A stretch of 60,500 bases of DNA, the filler included, from Sphacelaria rigidula (Eukaryota), in assembly GCA_964200075.2 (NCBI GenBank). It is 10 parts of 10 records of this genome, joined end to end, with 100 filler letters (N's around TTAATTAATTAA, not from the genome) between each part and the next. Parts side by side here need not be neighbours in the genome. Positions count along the whole stretch, not along the records: positions 24,241 to 30,200 come from CAXNAA020023192.1; positions 30,301 to 36,260 come from CAXNAA020023193.1; positions 36,361 to 42,320 come from CAXNAA020023194.1; 7 more parts are not named here. The stretch is one strand, 5' to 3'. Each line of letters starts with the position of its first letter. Positions within the stretch are counted from its first letter, which is position 1. Shown here piece after piece: positions 24,330 to 36,432 of this stretch. The translations under genes and the position numbers were made by a program. The notes under the pieces were generated by a model. The model was given only the letters and a program-made list of their open reading frames with translations. It made no database searches and was not told the DNA's origin.

Positions 24330-24453
24330 CTTTTTGGCTCGCGGTTACGCCGCTCGATGACCAAACCATTATGTACCATTTGACCGGTTCATGAGTACGC
24401 TACGCGTAATCTTTCAACTGGTTAATGGTTAAACAAACCATTTCCGAGCGCTA
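24330..24453 (-). mobile_element. Partial hAT MITE (family of 45945-46331); another end at about 30812-30868
   Basis: AAACCATTTCCGAGCGCTA terminus and TTTTTGGCTCGCGG...ACCAAACCATTATGTACCATTT match the reverse complement of 45945-46040. Confidence 0.75.
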
Positions 24454-25499
24454 GTACGAGTAGTAGTGCTGTTGCATGTAGAACATGCACGTACACTACG
24501 AGCTGGGCCAGCTTAAAAGCTGCTAAAACTTTCTCACACCATAGGTTCCCCAGTTTCCCGAATGAACCCGATGTAAGCATATCACTGTGAAGTGTAGACC
24601 AACCTGGTGACAAATGGCACCGCCGCTGAATAAAAAAAAAATGAAAAAAATGTACTGCATAATGTATGACCTTAACGACGGACGAAAAAAAGAGAATCTG
24701 TCGGGATTTGAACTCATGACTTTCATAATTATTATTGGAGTCTCCCATCACTTGATTTATAGGGGTGCAGCAGCGTCACGGAATATGTTAAACGCACGGC
24801 CCAATTCGACGAGTCTTGGGCTGAAACTTCAGGAAGACCTTCTGCGCCCAAGGGACTGATACTTCACGAGTCCAGCTGCAGATTCTCCTTTTTTTCCCCC
24901 TGGAATTGCGGCATTATCTTGTTTTTGCTGAAATTTTAAATGCCCACAACTTCTTATTTTTTGTATTTTTTATTTGCTGGACCCGTGATCTTCTTCATTT
25001 TGATCATAAAAACCTGCTGTCAACATTTCAGCGTCCAACTCCTGAGATCGCGCCGTGCGTCGCCTCAGCGAGATTCACACGTACTCTTGGCTGGCCCAGC
25101 TCGTACACCGCCGGTCGGTGTTGTGTTGTAGTAGATACGATCACATGGAATATTGAATAGTGTCACCTGCGTGGGAACCGATGACCTGTCTTTTTTCTTG
25201 TTGTTCATTCATTATATTCTCTTGTCTGGATCTTTCATTACTATATACTTCTTATCGGCTCTGGGTCGCTGCACTCCTCCCCCCTCCTTTCCCCGCCAGG
25301 GCATGGGCAGAAAAAGATGGTGCCGAAAAGTTCATGTGACAGCGGGTCTCAAACAAAAGCGATTGTGACAGTTGAAAACATGTAAGAGTAAGCTCAGACC
25401 ATGATCGGCTGGGCCGCTTTTTAACCTTTCAGCTCTGCCAAGAGCTGCAGTTCTCTATTCTCAAGAGCACCGGGAACTCGACACAACGACTTCTTGGCC

Positions 25500-27950
25500 G
25501 ACAGCTTGAAGAAGCAGCGTTTTTGCGCACGCTCACATGCCTCAAGGTATGCTGATGAGTGTGCAGATCAGTACGAACATACCGTATTGTTGTGCGCACA
25601 AACGTTGATCATGAGAGGACCGCACCCCACAGCACGGCAGCGAGGGTGCGAGATACTTGCGTAAATCAAGCAGGCCTTCGAGTTTCTTGAGTACAGCACA
25701 TTGAGTACCTTCACATACTCGGTAAACTGCTGCACAAGTACGGCCCATTTCCGTTTGGCTTTGGGGACGACCGTTTTAAAAAAGAATTCCAAGTTTCAAG
25801 AATTTTCAGCAGGTCCTTGAAGAGACAGATGCCGGCCCAAGCACCTTGGGTATTACGATACTTACAGGGTGCAGACCGGCGTTCGTTTGACCAACAGCAT
25901 CGCTGTGTAGCACGGCACAGGAATACTGCACTAACTGCACCGCATGGTACTTTTTAGTAGGCCTGTAGTGGTAAACACCGCAGCCATTTTTTGGTTTACC
26001 GTGTACTCGGCTGGAAAAAAAGACCTCATATAAGGGTGCGGCGGCTCCGCCGGGTAGGGGAGGGGGTCGCTGACGACCATGCCGTATCCTCGTGAACCGA
26101 CCAAGAAAAAGACGGCCGTTATTGGAGAACATGGAAATCTTCCTTCATATCGCTTACTTTTTTGTCTATTGAAACTCCGGATATCGTGTCTTGTCCGAGG
26201 CGGGAAAGCCGCAGAAGCTCATTTTCCATGCACACGCAGCGCCGACGGTGGGGTATTTCACAGAGTAGGGTGTGTTGCAGAGTGCAACAGTACCACTACT
26301 ACCGCACTTATGTGCTGTCTAAATATGGTCCGTGCAGTTGCGCCCCACCCGTTACACATCCCATTTTTAAAACGGCGATTGCCGAGGTGTGTGCACCGCA
26401 GCAGGCGAGGCGTATGTTATCACTCCGCAAAGCTAACACGTTGAATTTGTTGGTGTGGGTGACCCGGGCGTCGAAGATTGCCTGTATATACTGTAGCGTG
26501 ATCATGTATACCGCAAAAATGATATTTTTGACGCTTTCATCGCCAAGGGTGGTCATCTTGCGCAACCAGCATTGTCTTCACTTGAAGAACGATTAGAAGA
26601 TCTGGATGGCTCCACGATGGCAGTCGAGGAAAAATAACGTGTTCAATCTTTCAAGTTGTCGGCGGTTTCCACAAATTTTATCATCTCATGTGGTACCTTA
26701 CTACGCACATCGAAGTAATCCCCAAGTGTTGGGAAGCTTTTGTCCACCGTTCGGGACTACGTGGCTGTGGTCCGCGAGGTGAGCGGATGATGTTGATGTT
26801 GATTTCGATTGACACTATCCTGATGAAATAAGTACATCACCTTGCAAACCCATACCTCCCCCCCCCTCTCCTTCTCCCCCCTGTTGATAAAGCTAGGTCA
26901 TGGGCCGACTCAAGCATCACCAACTACTGTACCGTCTGTTTAGTCCGCAGCAAAGCACATAAATATGTAGAGGGATCATGAGTTAGTCGTACACATCGAT
27001 ACAAGAGGAACATATAGCTCACTCGTAGACGCTGATGTCCACGAGAACCGGACGACGAATCCAAACATACATACACGCATCGAGACCGGCTCAATGTAGA
27101 CGGGGGTGGGTGAAACCGTTCACAACCTTAGTGGTCTACAACAAGCAGTAGAGTAGTCAAGCCCGCACAATCCATAATCCCCTAATTTATCCACGGTCAT
27201 CTCCCAATGAACCCCACCGGCTAACACGTCAGCTCCCAAGATACGAAGCACGCAGAGGAGATCAGCACACGTCCAGATATGTCTGGACGAAACGCATTCT
27301 GGATATTGCAGGTCGGTTGCCTTTGTCGTGGGCTGCGGACGTTACGACGTTGAAATACATCTCATTGGGGAAATGTCGATTTAGAGTTGTTTCGGTGTGG
27401 CAGGATGGATTTCTTGACAATCCCGGGCTGTTTAGAAGAAAAAGATCCGGGATTGCCTCTCGCCTTCGTTAATAGCGGTGTTGTACTGCAAAGCGTCTAC
27501 TGTATCTTGCTTCACTATCACCGTACACTTTGTGGTACCCTGCCCGAGCAACACATTTGCCATCTAGGTGAGAGCGGAAGCCGTGCTTGATGGCTCGGAG
27601 AGAATCCACTTTCCTCGCCCGCTCTATCTTCACGTTACCGCCCACGATTTTTTCCCCCTCGCCCGCTCTATCTCTATATTGCCGCCCAAGATCTTTGAAC
27701 AACGGAAATCTGCGGTACCATTCATGTTGACACACACGCTCCCAGAGTGTCAATCAAAGCGGGCGCCTTGTCGCAAAGCTCAGTCGAAATCGAATGTTGT
27801 TACGACTTCAATCTCGCAGATGGTATGCAGCGTGAGGAACGGAGATTGCGCCGGAGATGATATAGAAAGACCGATGACACACAAGCGGACAAACCACAAC
27901 CGATCCAAGCGGTCCTGCCGCTGACCAAACGAGCTACAGTGACTGACTGC
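25500..27950 (-). pseudogene. Decayed coding fragments, possibly a DNA-transposon gene
   Basis: Protein-like pieces (EFFFKTVVPKAKRKWAVLVQQFTEYVKVLNVLY; VKNIIFAVYMITLQYIQAIFDARV; LWERVCQHEWYRRFPLFKDL) are broken by stops and frameshifts. Family not confidently recognised. Confidence 0.3.
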
Positions 27951-29084
27951 ACCCACGAAAAAACATCGCTTCATGTTCACAACAGCCAACACCCACAAAA
28001 CAGTGGTTGTTAGCTCAACCGTGTGCGATGTCCCTATTTTAGATTTTGTCTGATGTATCTTTTCTTTAATCCTAAACGTGAGCGTGGCCCAAGCTCGAGA
28101 TCAAGGGCAGACCCAAGAGTCCTCGGGTGAGGGCGTTTGGAGCGTCGATTCGGGCGAAAGCCCGTGCTGACCACGCTGACGAGCACTTCAAGATGTCAGC
28201 CTACGTTGTCAGATATCTACGTGAATTTTACGTAACGCACTCGCGTGACATGTTCTGCTGCTTTAGTTTGGTGATGAGTTGAGGACAGCGGCGACAATGA
28301 CTGCTTTTTGACAACTGCACGCGGCACAAATGGCGCCGCAACAACTTATTTTTGTTTTTTATTTACGACAAAAAAATACCACGGCGCCCACGACGCAAAT
28401 TATGGACTGTGCATTCGTTGTCCACGCTCGTCCAATTTCTGAAAACGAGGGTACTCTCATTTGAATAAACTCGCTTTGAAATGTAGTACGTGCGTGCGTG
28501 CGTCTCTCTTGCGAGTTGCCTATACGCGACGCTTCTGCAAGCGCTGACTTTGTTTTCTAGGTGCGCGTCTGTGTTATCACAAAGCGTACGGATGGACGAC
28601 CCCCGTACCGTCACTCATGGGGTGAAGAACGAGCGCGAGATACTTCATTGGGCGGCGGTGGCTTCTCATGCCACACTTTTTCGACGAGAATATGAATTCC
28701 TTTATACCCCGGAGGAGTATTTTTTTCCCCGAACGGAATTTCTCAGCCGTGATTTTCGCACGTATAGGACGAGCCGTCCAACTGAGATGCAGTCGTGACA
28801 ACGATCAGGCAAAAAACAGTGTGCCCACATGGCAAATTGTCAAATGTGCATTGGATAGGGCACGTATCCGGTCATTTTCTCTCACAATTTTTTGTGTTGC
28901 GATGATCGAATCTCCAAACTCTTCTTACCCAAGTATTGTGGTGAAGTTAGGCGCAGTCGTATTGCTCTACGCATTATCTGGGTATTGTTGGGTGCTCACA
29001 GTACGAATTTTCAAAATACGCAACGTTTGTAGGACTTGACCTACCCAGCGCACCCTTGAAATAATTCGAACGTCCTCAGGTCGG

Positions 29085-29463
29085 TACCCACTGGTGTGTG
29101 TCTGTCTCTACTCTGCTGCTCTAAAATCCCTTGGGCCTTTCCCTTCTCTCTTTTTTTTTTTCCCCCATCGTTTCGTTGTATTTTATTTTATTTGCTCTGT
29201 ACTTTGCTGTTCTTTTCCTTTTTTCTTGTTTTAGGTCGGCCATTTATTTCTGTGCTTTGCTGGTGTTGAATTTTTTTGTTACTTTTTTTTTTGTTACGAC
29301 TTAATCTGCTATGTCGTTCTATTCGACCCCCCCTTTTTTTTTCTGTTCCTTCTTTTTCTCAGATAGAGTTCCAGTTTCGTTTTGTCTTGGGTACTTTTAT
29401 CATGAGACCACGGCTGGACCCCTGGGGGGTCAGTTACAGTGCGACAATCAATCAATCAATCAA
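29085..29463 (+). repeat. Non-LTR retroelement 3' UTR with (AATC)n tail
   Basis: T-rich tract followed by GACCACGGCTGGA...GTCAGTTACAGTGCGACAATCAATCAATCAATCAA. Confidence 0.6.
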
Positions 29464-29489
29464 TTAATCAGGACAGGCTAGAAGCTGAC

Positions 29490-30015
29490 CACGAGAATCC
29501 CGCGGTGTCGATACCTCAGGTACTTCAAAATCTCCGGTTCGTCGGCAGTCGATACTTCAAGCGCTCTGGGGTACTCCGTATTCCGGATAGTCAGTACTAC
29601 AGATATTGAGGGTACCATGCACTTCTACTAAGTGCTCCTCAGTATTTTGCCGGATATAATACCTCCAGGTACCCTTTGTGGGGCGGAGATGTGCTTCATG
29701 GACGATAGAAACGGCGGTCCGACTGGGTGCTGTATGTAGATGTGAGGCGTGCCAGGCCGGTACACAAGTGACCTTCACCTGCATTGAAGTAATCTATTTG
29801 ACAACACAAATTTTCTCAGCGACTATCTGTCTCGGGCGACACGAAATCCTCCGTATTTTCGGCTGTCAATACTCGAGGTACTCAGAAACGACCAGTATTT
29901 CAGGGAGTCGGTACTCGATGTACTCCGAGTACGATTCCGAGTATTGGGGGGGGGGGTTAGAGTATTTCACCGAACTCCGGGTACTCTAAAGTACTCAGTA
30001 TTTTCGGCTGTCGTT
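29490..30015. repeat. Degenerate repeat rich in GTACTC/AGTATT submotifs
   Basis: Many TACTC(G/A/C) and AGTATTT motifs; GTATTTTCGGCTGTC is duplicated at about 29853 and 29998. Confidence 0.5.
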
Positions 30016-31224
30016 CGTACTGCCACCCCGTTCCGTGACGCTCGGTACTACTGTACCTGCGGGGGTCTACGGCAGTTTTGCATGCCACGTGGCGGCACGC
30101 TAGTATCATGATATGCCGTGTTGTAGCACTCTGCTGTGATTTCGTTGATGAAACCGTGAATCCATACCTGGGATATACCACCCCCCCCCCCCCCCCCCCC
30201 NNNNNNNNNNNNNNNNNNNNNNNNNNNNNNNNNNNNNNNNNNNNTTAATTAATTAANNNNNNNNNNNNNNNNNNNNNNNNNNNNNNNNNNNNNNNNNNNN
30301 GTTTCTGGCCATTTTTCGTACCTTTCTTGGGCAAAACACGAGAAGGTATACCTTTTCTAGTCCATTCCTCTTTGTTGTTTGTACAACTGACTCTCTGTAC
30401 GGTATCGCTGTACAGTATAATAGTTCAAAGATCGCAACGCACTGTTGTAGGGTTCTACAGTACTCCACGTTGCTCAGAACTATAGCACTACAGTACTACA
30501 GTGTCCTGTAGTGCGCCGTAGTGGATTGTAGTACTGCAGGTGCATTGAAAAAGCGTACAGGGTTTCGTGCGTACGGTGCCGCAGTGTACTGTACAGTCAG
30601 TGTTGTGCTGGCCTACGCACTTCCGAAGTGGGCGCTGGTCGATCATACATTTGGCGGGGCAACCTGCGACCAATCACTGCGACAGAACAAAATCACGTCA
30701 AGCCACGGCACATCAGCTTCCGCTATGAACTTTTTTACGTCCACTTTGAAGTTTCGAAGCTTCCACTCTGCACTCTGACTCTGTGATGAAAAAGTACATT
30801 TTCCGAAACTCTCCATTACCATTATAATGACAATGGCCAGCTAGAACTGGTACCATGTTCGAGCTCTAGATCCTACTTCATATGTTCCTCACTTTTTTTC
30901 AAAGGAGCGGTCAGCCTACTTGTCAGATGGCTGGGGATGAGCCAAAAGCAAAACTTACTCCGTGAGCATGCAGGGTCTTCATCAAATGAAGAGCAAGCGA
31001 GTAGGAAGCTAGTCTTTAAACAGCTTTTAGCGGGTTAGCCAGCCAAGAGCTCACAAGATAAGCCACGATTCTTCAGGAGAACGCACTGTTGATGCTACGT
31101 TCCTCGAAAAAAATCAACATGGCTATTCTGCTCACCAGGTTTTGCCGTGTCATGAGCTCTACGCAAGGCAAAATGATGCCGATTCACAAAAACAATAATC
31201 GTCAGTGAGTTCCAAAAGGGTTAA

Positions 31225-31326
31225 CCCTTAGACGGCGGTGCGGGTAGCCCATCTGGATCATGCATACTCTTTTCAAGTGAATATTGAAGCCGATTCAGTA
31301 GGTAACCTATCCTCGAGGTCGAAGGG
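31225..31326. mobile_element. piggyBac-type MITE (102 bp), TTAA TSD
   Basis: TTAA|CCCTTAGAC...GTCGAAGGG|TTAA. Another piggyBac-like end (...TTCCAAAAGGG|TTAA) abuts at 31220. Confidence 0.85.
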
Positions 31327-31796
31327 TTAAGGGTGTGTCTTTGCACTTTCTTTTTCGATCGAAAAAAGGGCGATGGAATCGACTTGAACGAAATTCGCTC
31401 GTTTTTCTCGAGTTCGGTCCAAGCGAATTTCAAGCTTTCGATCAAAAAAGACAGTGAAAATCGTGAAGCGGTACATGGTCGCTTGGATACAGTACAATCT
31501 ATACTGTCTGCACTGTTGGCATGCAGTGTGTCTTGAGTGCGTGTGTGTGTTGGAATTTGATAAATAACAGTTCCGAATAAACATACTCGAGATTATTAGC
31601 GGTACAACCAGTTACGGTTCATCGTTAGAACAAAGATCGTAGGAATAACCAAGTGGAGTATCCACCGTAGAATAATGAATAGCTTGTGTACTATAGTATA
31701 GCTCGTATAGAGAAAGTCAGCATATTGTCAGAATATTGAAGGGTTGAGTACGAAGAGTCTAAGGCATCAACAGTTTGGATAAACAGGCTTATAGTA

Positions 31797-31998
31797 GAGA
31801 GTTTCGGAAAACGCTTGTTTGTCATTTTAGAGTGCAAACATCTCAGGATCATCAGAGCGCAAAAAAAAATACAGATAATCGAAGAAAAGTTGAGGGAATA
31901 CCGCAGTTGACGGAGGGGAAAATAATTTTTCGTTTACAATCTGATTCTGAGATATTTGCACTGTGAAATCACAAAAAAAAGAGTTTTCCGAAACTCTC
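31797..31998. mobile_element. MITE with TIR GAGAGTTTCGGAAAAC
   Basis: GAGAGTTTCGGAAAAC / GTTTTCCGAAACTCTC, with imperfect arms of about 75 bp; TAGTA on both flanks (5-bp or TA TSD). Confidence 0.85.
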
Positions 31999-32288
31999 TA
32001 GTATCCAAGAGTTTTGTCGACAGAGTGAAATAGCCCCATGCTACTACTCTCCAAAGCGACCCACCTCACGTCAGGCTACCAGCTTGTCATCAGTATTCTA
32101 TGGAATAAGGACTGATTGAGTTTGATTTGAGTGACAGCCGGATGAAGAGCCAAGTTTAAACCCTATTTTCCCAATGCACAAGCGAGTGTTTAACCAACAA
32201 TGTGCGGCCTTTGCGAGGTCTCTTGTCAGAGCTGGGTTCACCAGTTGCGAACCAATTGTTCCTGTCACTTTGATCAGTTGAACACACT

Positions 32289-32588
32289 AACAATATTTTC
32301 GTGAGATTGAGAGTAGAGGATACAATTGAGAGTCAAAAGCGGCCAATACGTGAATGAATCGTTCCAGTTCCGAAATGTCCCTCCACACGGCCCAATATGC
32401 GTTCTGCAGTAGCTTATTACTGAGGCCCTTGATATCCCTGAGTAGGATATCGACGTGTAGCTTTAAGCACACGCCAGTGATGAAGGCGAAGAGAAGCACA
32501 AACGAAATAAAAAATGGGCCAAGTTAAAGCAAATGAACAAGGCCACTCTCAATCAACGCTCTACTCTCAATCTCACGAAAAAGTTGTT
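32289..32588 (-). mobile_element. AACAACG-family MITE (300 bp), TSD CACT
   Basis: CACT|AACAATATTTTCGTGAGATTGAGAGTAG...TCTCACGAAAAAGTTGTT|CACT; reverse orientation relative to 17069-17368. Confidence 0.92.
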
Positions 32589-32606
32589 CACTGTGTATTT
32601 TATGTA

Positions 32607-33156
32607 CAGTAGTGGGCGGTCTAACTATTTAGGGGTGTTTTGGGGTTTTCCTCGCGTACTACTCTTCGGTAAAACTCGAAATTGCTGGCGTCGGTAGAGA
32701 TTGGTACAGCAAAACAGATCATCTTCGAAACACAGTGCCGAAGTCAGAGTTAGTTGGTGTTATCGGGCGAAACGAGTAAATACCCCGTTTGTCAGGAGGT
32801 TTTATTGACCGCGAAACACAGTTTTTCGGCCCTAGTGCACTGAGTAGGCAGAACTTCGAAAAAAGAAAACTGTACATTTCTTCACAAATATGATCGGGAC
32901 GGGTTCGATCGACCGAAAATAAAGAAGAGTAAGAATCTGGGCTGAAACGTCGCAGGACCTTCAATGACCGGTCAGCCCGTAAGTGACTTAATATTGAGTA
33001 CAGATGATTTTTTCTTCTTGGAATGTGGAGCGGATACAAATATCTTCAGAAACCCGATTTGATAAGGGGTGGCGAGCGAAAAGAGCCCAAGAAAATCACC
33101 AATCACGAAAAAATCACAAAATGCCACAAAATGAATAGTTAGACCGCCCACTACTG
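32607..33156. mobile_element. Tc1/mariner-type non-autonomous element (550 bp), TA TSD
   Basis: TA|CAGTAGTGGGCGGTCTAACTATT...AATAGTTAGACCGCCCACTACTG|TA; perfect 23-bp TIR. Confidence 0.93.
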
Positions 33157-33926
33157 TACAAACCACGATAGTCGTATATATATTCAAACAGTGTGCGTAT
33201 TTCGTGCAGTAAGGTGTGATGGGGGAAGCGGGCGATGTGCAGTACAGATAGCGTAGGACTATCTGTTCGTCCTTGGACAACGTGCAGCTTTGTACTCTAC
33301 TGCATGCATTGCCTATGAGGGTGTACGCAAGTCGATTGCCCAACCTACTACCCAGTTCAGTCGCTGACACCTACCATGAAAGAAGATGCTCAAGTTTTCG
33401 CCAACAAAAAATAGACAAATGCGCTTACCCAACTACTACAGTGTATCTAACCCTGTGCTCAACTAGTGCTCTGTGCTGCAGTGTTGCGGTGGTAGAGGAG
33501 AATGAGTTGTGTGGAGCTTGCATGGTTATGTGAACGGGTGGTATCTGGCGTGGTGGTCTGTAAGCTAGGAGTCAAGTGCCCCTTCGCGCCTTTCGACCTC
33601 ATATTTTCGATCCAAAAGCTTAGCTTTACCGTTTTTTCTTTTCCGCGCGTCAATAATTATAAAAACAGTTGAAGCAAACCAGGAAAAGAAATGCGGTAGA
33701 CATATCAGATTGAAATTTTTCTCGTTCACCAGGGGTCTGTCGGGAGAATATTTTGGACATGTATCCCCCCCCCTGGGGAAGGGGAGGGGACATAGCGGCC
33801 CGAAGTAAATAGACGAAGACCAACCCAGAAACGGGAAGAACAATCAAGCAAGGGAAAGTAAAAAGCAAAAACGGCGGAGAGAGAACAACAGTAGACAACA
33901 GGAGAGCAGATTATGATTCGGAGAGG

Positions 33927-36260
33927 AAGTTGGGAATAGGATCGTGGAACGTGTGTGGATTCGTCACAGACGAGAGGAAAATAATGAAGATAGCGCAACA
34001 AGTAAGTAACGCGACCTAGATAAAGTAGGAATCCGAGAGTCATGGGAGAACGAGGCGGTGGAAATAGGATGCGGAGTTGAAGAGTACGCATGAAAAGGGG
34101 GAAAGTGGAAGGGACAAAAGCCCAAGAGCAGGGGCGCGGGGGGGATTGGATTCTTAGTCAAGGAATACCTGTGTCACAGTATAGAAGTGATCGATGACAC
34201 GAAATTCGACGAGAGCATATGGATAAGGGTACCAGAAGAGCAGAAAACGAAGGACTTCTCCTTGGGGAACATCTACATGTCCCCAGAATCTAAGAGTAGG
34301 GTAAACGATATACAACGGAGGTTTGGAGAGATAGCACCAGATGTACATAAGTATAAAAGGCAAGGAAAAAAGTAATGTTAGTGTGAGATTTTAATGCACG
34401 GGTAGGAAGATCAGGTCAACCGGATGATACTATCGGGCAATATGGGGAAGATAGAAATAACATGAATGGGGTAGAAATTGTGAAGTTCCTCGGGCATAAC
34501 GAGATGAAGACGCTGAACAATAGGACACAAAAGCCAGAGGCGCAATGGACATGAACGAGGAAATGCAAAGGAAAAAAGGGGGAACGCTCGGTTCTTGTCT
34601 ATATAGTGGTGGAGCATGGAAATAGTAAAGAAACGGAAGTACGTGTATGCCCGGAGGACGTGGGAACCACAGATCATTGCCTAATATAGACAGAAAGCCG
34701 ACAGGCGAGAGATAGAAGAACTAGGCGGGGTAGTAGGAAGTTGTACAAATGGAGAATCGATACACTAGATATGGAAGAAAAACGGCAAGAGTTCCAATAA
34801 GAGATGGCCAAAAATGCAGTGAAATTTTCCGAGCTGTTGGAACGCATGGGTACAGTTGATACCGAAATGGAAAGAAATCGGATAGGAGCGAAGATTATAG
34901 AAGGATGGAAGCAGTTGGCCAAGAACACAGCGAGTAAATTCATAGGGAAGAAACTGATCGTATGCAACAGAGCAGTAAAATGGTGGGATGACGAAGTAAA
35001 AGAGGCTATACGAGTAAGGAGAGAGGCCCACCCGAGATGCATGTCGAGTATAACTACGGCAGGATGAGAGGAGTATACTGAAGCTCGAAAGAATCGCAGA
35101 GAGAGTTTACCAGAGATGAAGTGAAGGAGTGCGTAGCTACACTCAAGAACAGAAAGGCAGCAGGGGCAGACAAAATAGTGAATGAATTTCTAAAGTACAG
35201 GGGAGAGAATGATTACCATGATGGTTATACTCTATAACTGGATCGGGGAAACGAGTACACACCCAAGAGATGGAGAGAAGGAATAGTCGTCGACCTTTTA
35301 AGAAAAGGAGACAAGGCTGACACAGGAAATTATAGAGGGATAACACCGCTGAGCACGGTAGGGAGAACATTCTGCAAGATTCTGAACGATGGAGTAGGAA
35401 CAATGCTAGAAAAGGAAGAGAAGATCAGCGAGGGGCAAGCCGAATGTAGATCAAACCGTAGTTGCGTAGACCATGTGTACACACTAGATAAGATTATTCC
35501 GGATAGGAAATATACCGGGCTGACAACGTACTGTTTCTTCATGGACGTGCGAAAGGCTCATGACACAGTATGAAGAAATGGGTTGTGGAAGAAGTTGTGG
35601 GAAAGTGAGATCAGAGAAAAGACGTGAAGAATAGTGAAGAAAATGACAGAATGTGTCAAAAGTGCTATGATGCTAGACGGGGAAATAATATCGAAATATT
35701 TTGATATTTTACAAGGAGTTGCACAAGGATGTACGCGTTCACCCACTCTATTCAAGGTGTTCATCAATGACCTAATATTAGCAATAGAAGCAGCAAAGCA
35801 AGGAGTCAAAGTGGGTGAAGATGTGATATCAGGTTTGATGCTCGCAGATGATTTCGTGGGAATTTCAGGGACAGCAGGAGGATTACAGAAACAGATAGAC
35901 AAGGCGCTAAAACACACTAGGAAATGGAGAGTGACAGCGAACGTCAACAAATGCGCGATACTCGTCTTTAACGAAGATAAGAAAAATCCGGTAGGATTCA
36001 AATGGAAATGGGGAGAAGGGGAACTGCCGATCGTACACCAGTGCACATAAAACTGTTCTTGGGGTGCACACATAAGTAAAGTAATAGAGAAGGGTAGAGC
36101 ACAGATAGGCAGGATAGACGTGATCGTCAGAGCCTCGCGCCTAGACACTAGGATTAAGAGATGTATCCTGATGAACATGATCGTACCAAAGCTGGAATAC
36201 GCAGGAGAAGTATGGGAGGGGAACGCGAAGTTGGTGGAGAGGTTGGAAACAGTACAGATG
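33927..36260 (+). mobile_element. Decayed LINE ORF: AP endonuclease + reverse transcriptase (RTE/RTEX-like, tentative)
   Basis: IGSWNVCG, GGIGFLV, GNIYMSP, DFNARVG, TDHCLI (APE); GNYRGIT, FMDVRKAHDTV, GVAQGCTRSPTLF, MLADDFV (RT). Multiple stops and frameshifts, and a probable deletion near 35090. Confidence 0.95.
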
Positions 36261-36432
36261 NNNNNNNNNNNNNNNNNNNNNNNNNNNNNNNNNNNNNNNN
36301 NNNNTTAATTAATTAANNNNNNNNNNNNNNNNNNNNNNNNNNNNNNNNNNNNNNNNNNNNGGGCTGTGTTGAAAAAGTCTTCGCTCGTGCTATCGACGGC
36401 GTGGAAGACCGAAGAACGCCGGCGTCGGCACG

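Noticed and set aside
33927..36260. TGA at several expected Trp positions, suggesting TGA=Trp recoding or targeted deamination
   Set aside because: TAG and TAA stops and frameshifts also occur and many TGG codons remain; ordinary decay is sufficient.
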